Assembly (NCBI GenBank): GCA_001662655.1
Contig: KV460255.1
DNA: 64,000 bases
Strand: one strand, 5' to 3'
DNA from: Pseudogymnoascus verrucosus
Lineage: Eukaryota
The notes beneath the pieces were generated by a model. The model worked only from the letters and a program-made list of their open reading frames with translations. It searched no databases and had not been told where the DNA came from. Every line of letters starts with the position of its first letter. Position 1 is the stretch's first letter. Made by a program: the position numbers and the translations under genes. Shown here piece by piece: positions 24,342-36,485 of this stretch.

Positions 24342-26587
24342 ATGCTGGAGCATGATGGCTTGATGAGAATCTTCTGGCCGGTGGATATTCCTAGGTCAGA
24401 TTCACCAGGTGTAATAGTGGGATGGAAGAATTCAGACCTCGATGTCCTGGTTGTGGCCATACTCGAAGATGTCGAGGTTCGGAATGTGGAGAATGCGCTG
24501 AGAGTCGCAACCCTCTTTCGCGGCGCAGACCATAGCATCGAACGGATATACGAATTATGTGGGCTTCCTGCGATGCATGTGCTCGGCACAGTCAACTCCA
24601 ATGCACCGACGGAACCCTACCAGATAAATGCTGAAATATCACTACAAGGTTTAGCGCCGCGCATTTCATGCGCGAAGGCACAAACCATACAAGTCATTAT
24701 GTTCGACAGACCACTTCCAGGGAGGATGCAATACATATCACTTTCGCCAATATTATTAGCCCTGGGAGACAAGACGGAGCAGATACTGGGCGGCATAGAT
24801 GCCGAGGATGAGAAGGCAGAAGCAGCGAAACGACAACGAGAGCAAGAGTTGGTGGAAAAGTTGAAGCTACATACGGTGACGAAACATCAACCTTCGGCGA
24901 AAGAGCTTGCTCTACCTCGAATTGTGAACCAGATAAATTTCGCTTGGGAATTGGAGAAACTACTACAGAAAAATATATCCCTGGTTGGCACTCGGCGACG
25001 GAGAACTTTGAGTGTCTCCGAACGTGTCATCGAGTCTGCTTCAACAATGAGGGATTATGTTATCGACGCCATATGGCGGCTGATAACTGTTTACATCTAC
25101 CCAATCATCCGAACTAGCTTTGTAATAGCTCTGCTGTGGCACAGGGCAGCCGCAGAACTTTTTCTGGTGCTCCTTGAATACAGGCTCAGGCCCGAGTATG
25201 CTGCGCTTAAAGACATATCTGCGACTGCCCAACAGGTTGAGATCCGACTTCTACAGTTTTGCTACTGGCCCATGCAATATGTAATGTTGAGGAAAAGAAA
25301 AGATGACTGGCAGAGTATCGCGAAAAGCCACGCCGATTACATACGGTTTTACAACAGTCTGTGGCTTGTTGCAAACGATGTCATTATTGGCATCGCAATT
25401 GGTTCTGCCATCATTGACAATGCAGACTGGCTCGCCGAACAGATTAGTGATGTGTTGGGCACATACACTGTGACATCGTTGCAGCAGACGATATCATGGC
25501 TCATGGACTGGCCAGCTGGACTGAAATTGAACAATGAGTTGGCTCAATTCCTTGGTGACCTTTTCCTCTGGGTCATTGATTACTGGTCAAGCTGTGTCGA
25601 CGTTCTCCGGCCCATCCTACCCCACCTCATATGGTTCATCGGATTCTCAAGCTTTGCTGGCGCCAGCATGCCAATTGCTCTCTTTTCCGACTTTGTATCG
25701 CTCCTTACGATACACATCTACTCCTTTTATATCGCATCAGCCAAGATCTTCCACTGGCAACTCACAATCATCCTCTCGCTCTTTCACCTCTTCCGTGGCA
25801 AGAAACACAATGTTCTCCGTAAACGCATTGATTCCTGCGACTACGACCTCGATCAATTGCTCCTGGGCACGATTCTATTCACACTCCTCTTCTTCCTCCT
25901 CCCGACTGTCATAGTATTCTATCTCACGTTTGCCATTGCGCGCATGAGTATTATCAGTCTCAAAGCCGTACTTGATACGGCGCTAGCCTGTTTAAATCAT
26001 TTCCCTCTGTTCGCCCTGATGCTGCGGTTTAAGGATTCCCAGCGCCTGCCAGGTAAGCAGCCATTCATTAGATATTGCTGTCATAACATTGCTAACACAC
26101 ATTAGGCGGTATACGATTTGAACTCCGAGATACCAATAAACCCTCCATCGAAGCGCCGCAACGCCCATATTCTGGCACCACTCCGCGCTCCGAGCCCGAG
26201 TCTCCCGATTCAGAACCGTCTCCCCCGCCACCAACTTCATACGTCTACCTAAAGTCGGTACCCCTAACGTTCCCGACCATGTTCCAGCAGTACTTCCAGC
26301 TCGGCTCCCGCATCCGCAAACACTACCTGTCGCCCCGCGTCCTGCTCTGCCTCATGACCGGCCAGTCTGTGCCGCCGATCCACAGGAAGAACTTGTACAG
26401 CCTGCAATATAGCATGTTACCCGCTCGGCGGGCGGGAGTCTGGGATATGTGGCGCGCGCTGACGGTGTGGCCGTCGGCGGCGGAGGGGATGAATGGGAAG
26501 GTGCAGAAGAGGGGGAGTTGGCCGGTAATGGGAGGTGCGGGGGCAGGAAGGAGAGATAGGTCGAGGAGGGGGTATAGTCACCATTAA
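24342..26587 (+). CDS. GPI1: GPI-GlcNAc transferase subunit Gpi1 (PIG-Q)
   Basis: ATG 24342 (MLEHDGLMRIFWP); intron 26053-26105. Motifs YIRFYNSLWLVANDVIIG, WLMDWPAGLKLNNEL, LFRGKKHNVLRKRIDSCDYDLDQLLLGTILF. Confidence 0.94.
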
Positions 26588-27010
26588 ATTGGGATGGGGG
26601 AAAGGTAGTATTAAATGAGATGGGATAAGTGAAGATTATACGCTGGGTGGGGTGGGATATTTGCATAGGAAAAGAGGGGTGTTTGTATATGATGTGCTAT
26701 TACAACTACGGTTGTACTACGGCATAAGAATCATAATGTTAATACGAGAAGGTTATTACTTCAACATCACTTCCTGTGCTTTGAGACATGATAGTCCGAC
26801 GTACTTGGATCTTATTGGTGAGACCTCATCTCATATGATGACACAAAACTACGACTATCAATTATATCACGCCCCACGCATCGAACCCCCTTCTTTGAAA
26901 GCTGTAGTTGTTATGCACTATGATATAAGGATTCAGCTCTATGGTATCCGAACCTCTAATATACATTAACATCCGCTTTTTCTCTTTTACATAATCCCAT
27001 CAGCGCCCGT

Positions 27011-28845
27011 TCATCTCCTTGGCATGCCTCTGCCTCTGCCCCTGAGCGCCCTCTGTGCAGCTCCAGGCGGTAATTGCTGGCCCGGTGCCTGCGGCGCCTG
27101 CGACTCCTCATTCTTGATCGTCTCATCCACGCTCAGGATCAGGCAACTAGCCTCCGTCGCCGCCTGGATGGCATTGATCTTGACGAGCGCGGGCTCCCAC
27201 ACGAACATCTCCATGTTATCAGCGATGCCCTCGTTGACGAAGTCGACACCGGCCCAGGTGCTGCCCTTGCGGTGCTCGACGCGCAGCTTGTTGAGGATGT
27301 CAGTCGCGTCGAAGCCGGCGTTGTCGCACAGCTGGCGCGGGATCACCTCGAGCGCCTTGGCGAACGACTTGATGATCGCCTGCTGCTTGTTCGAGATGCT
27401 CTTATCGGCGTATCTGTGGAGGTAGGCTGAGATCTCCATCTCGCAGGCGCCGCCACCTGCGACGATGGTGTTGTGCTTGATGGCGCGCTTGACGATCATG
27501 ATGGCGTCGTGCAGGGAGCGCTCGACCTCGGCGATGAACTGCTCGGCTCCGCCGCGGAGGACGAGCGTACAGGTCTTGGCCTCGGGGCAGTCCTCGAAGA
27601 AGTTGAAACGCTCGTTTCCGATCTGCTTCTCCTCGAAGCGGCCGCAGACACCGAGGTGCTCGGGGTGGATGTCAGAGCATGTGGATTGGATGGAACCTCC
27701 GCAAGCCTGGATGATGCGGTCAAGGTCGGCGGAGGCGACACGGCCAGCGCAGAAGATGTCGCGGTCGGCGAAGTACTGGGTGGCGAGATCTCCGATGGGG
27801 AGTTTGGAGAGGACAACCTTGGCGCCCGACTTGTACAGAGCCTCCATCTTGTTGTAAATGATTTGCCATTCGGCGTCGACAATTGCCTGGTATTCTGACA
27901 CTTGCTCCACCCTGACTTCGGCATTGTCCTTCTCGCTCTTCAACTCTAGCTCTACGTTGAGACACACAATCTTTGGGTTCTTGAACGACTTTGGTTGTTG
28001 CTCGAATCCAGCGTAAGAGAAGGTCTTCTTGAACGCAACACCGTTGACGAAGAGGGAATCGGTGAGGGAGCCACCTGGGATCTTCTTAACGCCAATGAGG
28101 TTCTCGTTCAAATCGTCTTGGTCCAGAGTCAGGACGGCATCGACAACCACTACAGACTGTATTAGCATAAATATTTCGATATGAAATCAGGGATACCCAC
28201 TCTTGGTGAAGAAGCCTGTGTTCCTCTTGATAAGCTTGCTGCTCATTGCTGTGCCCGCCAATTTGCTCAATGTGTCCCTCTGGTTGCCCTCGTTTGTGTT
28301 GACAGCAATCTCCTTAATCTTGTTGACCGCCATCATGCTAGCTCTTCTCAGACCCTTGATAATCGTCTGCGAGCTCACGCCCTGCTCCACATGTTCCTTG
28401 ATCTCCTTCAGGATCTCGCCAGCCAGGACCACGACGGAGGTCGTTCCATCTCCAACTTCGGCGTCTTGCGATCGCGCGATATCTGTAAGAATTCGGGCTG
28501 CGGGGTGAACAATATCTAAGAGCTATGATATGTCAGATGTTGTTATAATATGCCCTTGGCCCTTTCCTGACGCTTGCATACCTTCATGACAGTTGCTCCG
28601 TCATTTGTGATCGTTTGTCTGCCATTCTCGTCCACCATTAACAAATCCCCTCCGTATGGGCCCAGGGTGCTTCTGATGGTTTCTTGAACAGCTAGGCAAG
28701 CATTGATATTCGATATAACTTGTCCCTTTCCCTGCGACGAATCCGTTCCTGTACCAAATGTCAGCTAATATCCAGAGTAAGGAGCTTCAGGTGACATGCC
28801 CTCCTTGAGCACAATGATGGTCGGGGTCTGGCCACCGAACGACAT
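27011..28845 (-). CDS. CCT7: T-complex protein 1 subunit eta (CCT7)
   Basis: ATG 28845; introns 28799-28749 (GC-AG), ~28581-28523, 28200-28150. Motifs [59 protein letters not shown]. Confidence 0.95.
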
Positions 28846-29404
28846 GGCTGCGGTTTTATGGAAGGTCGATAAGCTCTATGTGGAAACGATTGTGTGTTCG
28901 AGCTATATTCGTGAAAAATATCTCGAAATGGAGGTAGCTGTTGCGTGTGGGGCTGGATTATCAAGCTCGTCTTCCTCCCTATATAGCCGATTACCTCTAT
29001 CGAAATATAAGAAAAGTCGCGTTCGCGATCCGCTAAAAATGTTTCTGCCTCACAATCATGGTGAAGACCTTTCCACGTGACCCAGCCTTGTAAACCAAAC
29101 TACCATACTTGAACGAAGATAGTCAAACGCATTTAATGTATTTGAATGATATATATTATATTTACAATAACTACTGCCATAGTTGAATTCAAATTTGCCG
29201 AAATATTGCACACAGTGTGTGGTGTTACCGTTTGATTTTCCATGGAGTTATTATTATTATACCACCAACCCCAAATAAAATCCGTTCATTTCTATACTAT
29301 TTTTTTGTATAAGCGTTCTATTATATTTTCAAATATCTAAGTTAGGGAAATAAAAGCAACTATATCTCATTAATCAATACGGCAAAGCTGAGAGATGGAG
29401 CGTT

Positions 29405-32175
29405 CTATTCCTCGTCCACATCGTTCTGGACCTCCTTTACAACCCTGGCCTCCTGCTTTCTCCACAAACTGGCGAGAAAGTCACTCGTACTCGCCTCATC
29501 GATTCCCTTGTCTTCTCTCTTCTTCAAGAATCTAGGGAAACGCAAGCTGACACCCTTATTTTCCGTGACCAAACCAATCGCCGCCGTGTACACGGGGCTG
29601 ATAGTAATATCTGCAAACGCCATCTCCCAGACCTCTTGGGGTTCGAACCAGACATCAGGGTAACCTCCGGTATAGTCTATATAGCTAGGCTTACTGCCTA
29701 ATACATTCGGGCCATCCTCATTGTAAAACTCCTTGTTGGCCTTGTAGAAATTGTCTGTAAACCCCGAGATGCATTTGCATACGGCTTCAAGGCTCCCTGT
29801 AGTCTCATTGCGGACGGCTAGCAGGATAGGGGACCAGAACTTGGATTTGCGCCCTTGACCATGCCAACCGGCAACGGGAATGAGATCTAGACTGTCGAAG
29901 GTTGCACTGTAGTCTTTCTTGACTTTGAGCCAAGAGTCAAGTCGCTTGTCTGGCTCGTAAGTAGATAATAGAGCCTTTCTTCGACCTGCACGCTTTTCCT
30001 TCTCGGGTTCCTTTTCACTATTTTTCATCTGTTTTTCTTTCTTGGAAATTGCTACCGGAGTTTGTAGTCCCCCAGCCTCGATGACAGCTCCTTCGTCTTT
30101 GGGCTCTATGACGAGCCTAGGATCGGGAAGGTCGTCAAGGATTTTGACCATAATCCCTTCACACTTAGCGTCTGTTGCGCTTTTAAAAAACTCAAGAATT
30201 GCCTCTGAATCTTGCGATGTTGCATCCATGCTCTGTACCCAAGTGAAGTGTCGAGGTAACTCTACAAAGAGACTCCTTAGCAGGGATCGTCGCTCTCGAA
30301 ACGGCCTATTCAACAACGGCTCACCGTTGAGATACATGAGGTCAAATGCGAAAAGACAAACATCGATTTTAATGCTTCCAATAGCCACATCCTTTCGAGC
30401 GCGATTCGTGAGCGTCTGGAATGTCTTGAGATCACCGGTCTCTCGATCCACAGCGACTACCTCCCCTTCCAAAATGAAGCTATTTACGCTATCACCGCGG
30501 ATTTTGGGAATCAATGCGACGAGGTCTGGGTATTTGTCGGTCATGAGCTCTAAGTGGCGTGAAAAAATCGAAACCTTCCCATTGGCGTCGCAATGCACTT
30601 GCGCTCTTTGCCCATCATATTTGAACTCGCAACTAAAGTCTCGACCCTGAAGCTTTGTGAGCATTTCGGACAGATCGCGAGTGATATTGCCCAACATAGG
30701 CATCAAAGGCACATGGAGCCCAAGGCCACACCTGACAAGAAGCTCGTCACACACCCCAATTTCAAGAAGTGCGGGAACGAGGTCATTGTAGTTGGGCCTT
30801 TTTGCAAAACAAGCTTTCACGATCTCTTCTGCTTTGGACCATACTTCAGCTAAGGATTCTTTCTTAAGCGCACTTAGCTCCGCCTGTGACCTCAATGGAA
30901 ATTCTGCATTTGTCGGCCGTGACAAAGTGAACGCTCTCGACAACGCTATAAGCATCGTAGTTTTGACTGCTCCAATGCGAAGATGCTGACATAGCGTTCG
31001 AACAAGATATCGGCTTTCCTCGGGGCCCCTGGCATCTTGTAATAACTTATCGACAATGCGCTGTTTTCTTTCACCACTACCTGTGCCTTGAACCGTTGCT
31101 ATCTGGACGAGAGAGTCGTAGACCGTTTTGATTGTCAGAGGTTTTGGTTTTCGTAGAGTAAAGGTTTGTCTCTTCTTTGCTTCAAATGCCACGTCCCCAG
31201 CGTCGCCAACTTTATTATAGAGTGCCTTGAGAGATTTGCTATCTAAACCGCATGCTTGTTTTAACGCCTTGGATATGGCTGAGCCACCCAGACCAAGTTC
31301 AAGAGATATATAGGGTGGGGATATTGCATTTGTGGCAAGCCATACCTACTACCTGTTAGAACGGGTTCTACCGAAAATGCGATACCAAAGACTGACATTG
31401 GGCCCGAATAGGGGGCTACAATACATGGCCCGGTAGATAGGAGACAACCTGTGGAAGATATACATACAGCAGGTAGCAGACTACTTGGATCCCCTTCAAT
31501 GATGGTTCTCAGTAGGTTGACTAGAGTGTCCACGATCTTAATCCTACTTTGCGTGCTATTCACTAGAACAAAGCATCTAATGACTAGGGCATAGGATGCA
31601 TTACCCCCGTGCCCAGCCCACTGCTTTTGAAGGTCCGGGAGATATTTATGCGGATCAAATGTGAGAGGACTTTCGTCAAAACAAATGCCACTGGATATCG
31701 AATCCTCTTCCGAGACACCGGATTGTAGAGCCAGGCTATTCTTGACTTTGAGGGCCTGATTGCTGGAGCCGCTGTCTTTGCTCATAAACGAGCTCGTCAC
31801 CGTAGACACAGTCCTAGGGCTTTCGCCTGCCTTATTGTCTTGCCTCTGTTCAGCATTATCGGTGTCTGTTATTGGAACATCATAATTCAGCTGCTCCGAC
31901 GCCACAAAGGGAGAGCCTATATCGTCTTGTCTCGGCACGGCGACTGTCGATGACCCCGCATCTTCTTCATCCCATTGAGCTTGAAGCTTCCTAGCAAACT
32001 GCTCGTCGGTAAGCTCAGTCGTGGTATCTTCTGCCTGCGCATCCTGGTGATTTTGGCTGGATTTGGCTGGCGACCCTCCCTTCTGTTTACTGAAGAAATA
32101 ATCTAGCCCTCTTTGCTTCGCCGGCGAAGATTTGCTACTATTGCTGAGCTTTGGTCGCTTTGCAGGGGGCGCCAT
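29405..32175 (-). CDS. ATP-dependent DNA ligase, ligase I family (probable second paralog)
   Basis: ATG 32175; intron 31467-31346. Motifs EFKYDGQRAQ, ILEGEVV, FAFDLMY, EGIMVK, WLKVKKDY, SLRFPRF. Confidence 0.92.
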
Positions 32176-32567
32176 TATTTGAGGTTCCAACTCATGATCT
32201 TAATTCATCTGGTCTCCAGTAGCCACTCTGACAAGGCGCATATGCCATGAGCCTCCTTGTGCTCTCGCAAGCTGTATTGACCGTATTTGACATCCATGTG
32301 TCGCCTGGCTAAAATGGCCGGATCACACGTATGTCAAGCTACTCTGAAGACATGGAAAGTTGTCGTACCTGTGTCGTTGTTCCACTTTGTACATGACGGT
32401 GCATTTAGGGACGTCATAGGCAAGAGATCGCGATGAGTACGCGACTTGCAGGGGACCTGTGGTGCCGCCGGGACCCGTCATTATTCCGCCCCGCTACGAC
32501 CAACCCAAGCTTCGAATCTGGGGTAGAGAACACGATGCACAATTAACTTATTTTGCAACTCAACGCC

Positions 32568-35141
32568 ATGGCATCAGCTTCAGTGGCTAGAAATGAGAGA
32601 AGCCCCATTGCGGTAGTGAGGAATAGTAGCAATATTTCCGAAGGAGAACACGACATCCGCCTCGATGACTATTTGAACGACAAGCTACAAACAGCTGCGG
32701 ATTTCCAGAATTTGGATTCATTGATTGCCAATGTCGAAGAACAGCGAGTACAATTGCTGAGCCAGGTTAGTAGCAATATCCCTGAATATGGCTGAAGCTT
32801 CCCCATAAAATCTATATGCTGAAACTCCCTTACAGCTCCAAGACGCTCGATCCAAGCTTGCCAAATCAAACGAAGCAGCCGCCACACATAGCGATACACT
32901 ATTACAGCGAACAAAAGCTTTCCAAGATATCCAGTCGGGAATAGATAAGCGGCTCACCATAGTTACCGCCTCAGACGCCCCTGATGAAGCGGTGCAAAGA
33001 TTCAAAGCTCCAATAGAGAAGCTTCGACGTCTCGACCTCGCATACTACTATGTGGAAATGCTCCAAGAGGTCGACAGCCTCGCCAAAGAAGCGCGGGGTT
33101 TCCTCCCTGAGCACCCGAAAGAGGCTCTGAAGCCATATGCCCGCTTGAAGGAACTTTCTATCTCGCTACGTCGCCTGCAGACACCTGCCGATGATGCAGC
33201 TGGGCATCTTGTAACTCATGTCGAAAAGAGAGCAAATATACTCTGGTCTGAGATGAAACAAGTGATGGTGGACAACTTTGAGGGTGTTCTGAAGAAAACA
33301 GATTGGCCTACAGCCAGCGAGACTCCTACAGAAGCATGGACAGCTAGCTTTCAACGACTGCTTGAGCTCCAAACACCGGAGATTCTCAACGCCCCTGCCC
33401 GGCAACCAATGGTCTTATTGCCGATGGCTTGCTTGACTAAACCTTTTGTCCAGCAATTCCGGTATCACTTCATGGGCACCAAAGCCAGCAACACTAAGCT
33501 CCACCCAGCTTACTTTCTACAATGGGTGGTGGAGCTGGTTGAAAGTCGTGAAGATTATTTGATTGACAATGTTGGGCCAATCCTGATGTCACATTTCGGC
33601 AGCACAGTGACAACAAATCGTTCCTACAATGACCCAGTTGCCGCATTTATTACAGCGCTCCTTCCTGTGGTGCGCGAGAGGGTTAATACGCTCCTGGTTT
33701 CGATAGCCAACGAACCCTCGGTTTTGAGCAGTTTTATGGTCTCACTTATGAAGTTCGACGAAGATATACGATTGAAATTCAACTACGATGGTGGAAATTC
33801 GAAGAAAGGCTGGAAAGGCCTCACGCGGGAAGTTCTCGACAAATGGTTCCTTAGGTGGCTGGAGGTGGAGAAGGATTTTGCTGTGATGAGATATAAAAGC
33901 ATCATTGAGTCTAATGACAACTCAAGGATTGATTATGACAGCACTGGCCCAAATACAACAAAGGCTACCTATGGCGCTTCGAAGGTCATGGATCTGCTTG
34001 GGAATGTGACCAAGCAATACCAGGGGTTGCCCAAATTCTCGTTTCAGATGAGATTTGTTATTGATATCCAGATCAGGATTCTTGACGAATATCACAGCCT
34101 CCTGAAAGATTCACTGGATGCCTATATTGCTATAACTTCTACTGTTGGACGAGCATTGCACGGCGTGACAAAGGAACAGCAAGCACAAATGGAAGGAACT
34201 GGCGGCTTAGAGAGTCTATGCAAAGTCTACGGAAGCTCAGATCATGTTATCAACACCTTGAATGATTGGAGCAATGACCTGGTAAGGCTCTTTACAGATA
34301 TTACGTTACCACACATCATACTAACATAATCTCAGTTCTTCCTAGGCCTGTGGATTGAGCTCCAAGAGCGTGCTAAGAAAAGGAGTATGGGCGATAACTT
34401 GGCTGAAGCTATGAGCTACGAAGCCGTGAGAAACAGTACATCAGTATCAGTAGGCTCTGATGGCGACGGTGCCGTATTTGACGAGACAGTAAGCGCATAT
34501 ACAAAGCAGCGGGACCACGCCCAGCTACTCATGACGGAGTCTATCAAACATTCGCTGCCGGCTACTTTAAGAGCATATACTAATAAACCCAACTGGTTAA
34601 CAGTGGATATTTCGGAAGCTGGTAAGATACATTTTTCCCACACGGGACTTTTAAATACTAATTGAATACAGGCGTACAAGCCCCAATGAACATTACGGCA
34701 GAATTTGAAGCTCCACTACAGACCTTGGAAAGAGATATGTCCTTCCTCCACAACGCAGTAGCAACGGCCACATTCCGCCGCATATTCGGCGAGGTTTTCG
34801 AATTCCTGGGAGAGTCCCTATGGCGCGATGTCCTCATGCGCGAGAAGTTCACTAGAAATGGAGCTGCTCAGTTCTACCGTGACCTCAGTGCTATGTTGTC
34901 ATTGATCGATAACTACATCACTGATGGCTCGTCATCGGATTTGGGGATGCCAAAGCTTCGCGAGGCGGCAACATTGCTAAATCTCCCGGAGAAAGCACAG
35001 GATGGACTTATGTCCTTCACTGATGCATCTGACCGCGCATTTGCTAGCAATGCGGGGGCGACGGGGGTCCTCGAGGAGTTGCGCTTCAAGAATTTGACTT
35101 ATAACGAAGTCAGGCTGGTGTTGGGTCGAAGGCAGGGTTAA
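32568..35141 (+). CDS. TIP20: RINT-1/Tip20 family protein (Dsl1 tethering complex)
   Basis: ATG 32568; introns ~32765-32835, 34282-34335, 34622-34671. Helical protein with DYLNDKLQTAADF, PFVQQFRYHFMG, WLEVEKDFA, QMRFVIDIQI. Confidence 0.85.
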
Positions 35142-35262
35142 GGGTACCTCCACCATGAAGGTACGCAAATATAGATATAATTACGAATAGATATGATACA
35201 AACTCCTATTGTTATCAGAGTTCAATTCAATTTTTGGTTTGACTACATTCATATCTCCCAAA

Positions 35263-36050
35263 CTATAAATCTCCCGCCTGCCGTCGAATCTCCTTCACAG
35301 CCTCATCAACCCCCCTCACAACAACCGTCGGTCCCTTCCCCCCCACCAACTCCCCCAGCCCATCAATCCACCCCAAACTCTGCCGATCCACCCACGCAGC
35401 CTTCAACCCCGCCGCCCTCGCCCCAACAATATCAAACGGATTCGACGAAACAAGCCAAATACTCTCCAGATCCCCTCTCCCCACCCTCCCCGCCAAATGA
35501 TGATACGCCTTTGGATGAGGCTTGTACACCTTGACTTCCTCTACACTCACGATGTCCTGGAAGATGCCTTGGAACTGGGCTAGGGAAAGCGACTTTGTAA
35601 CGGACGCTTTGAGCATGGCGGGGCTGCCGTTGGAGAAGATGTACGCGTCTATTGCTGTAGAGGACTGGAGGGAGATTAGCCCGGGAGCGGCGTCGGGATT
35701 GAGATCAAGAGAGTCGTAGGCGCGCATTAGGGAGTCGATTGCTGTAGATGGTAGGGAGAGATGTGACTCTGCTAGGGCGTGGGTGAGGGATGCGCGGGTT
35801 ACGGAGCTGAAGTCTTTGTATATTGCTGGATTGTTTTAGTACATGAGAGCCACAGAGGCCGGAAAAAGGGGGCCTAACACATGCTATTTAATCTCCAAGT
35901 ATATTCGAGTTGATAGCGGCGCCATAATGCGGCGAGGTTCTTTGCTTTATCATCGCCGAAGTGGTTTGAGAGTTCTTTGGCGATGGAGTCGGTGGAGAGG
36001 AGGGTGCCGTAGAGGTCGAATGCTATTATTGTCTTCTTGTCGGATGACAT
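35263..36050 (-). CDS. HAD-superfamily hydrolase, haloacid dehalogenase type II-like
   Basis: ATG 36050; motif I IAFDLYGTL, WRRYQLEYTWR; intron 35878-35826; motifs FSNG, YKPHP, VSSNPFDIVGA. Confidence 0.88.
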
Positions 36051-36485
36051 TGTATTGTTCGGGAGCTATAGATGGATATGGAATATGTTTATATTTTGAT
36101 GCTCTATAAGACTGATATTATGGTTCTTGATCATGGCATCGCCTGTCAGCTGTTACACTAACCAACCCCGCATTGTGACGTATGCGGGGTCGTATAAGCC
36201 AGGTGCATATCATAATATCGCTCGATGTGGAAAGAAAGATTATGGAATATTTCTAATGGTATGAATCCGTAGTAATCAAATTAAATAGTTGAGCTTATAA
36301 ATGCTAAACGGAACCAACGCAATAGCTGCTTCAACTCCAGCTTAACGCCGCGCTATATGAATATTATAACTCAGCTCCTAGACCCCCATCCAAGCCCTCT
36401 GATGCAAAATAATGCGATTAAAACCAAGACAGACATATATTCATAATCTCAATTTCTTTCCAACCTCAAAAAGCCCAGAAGACTC

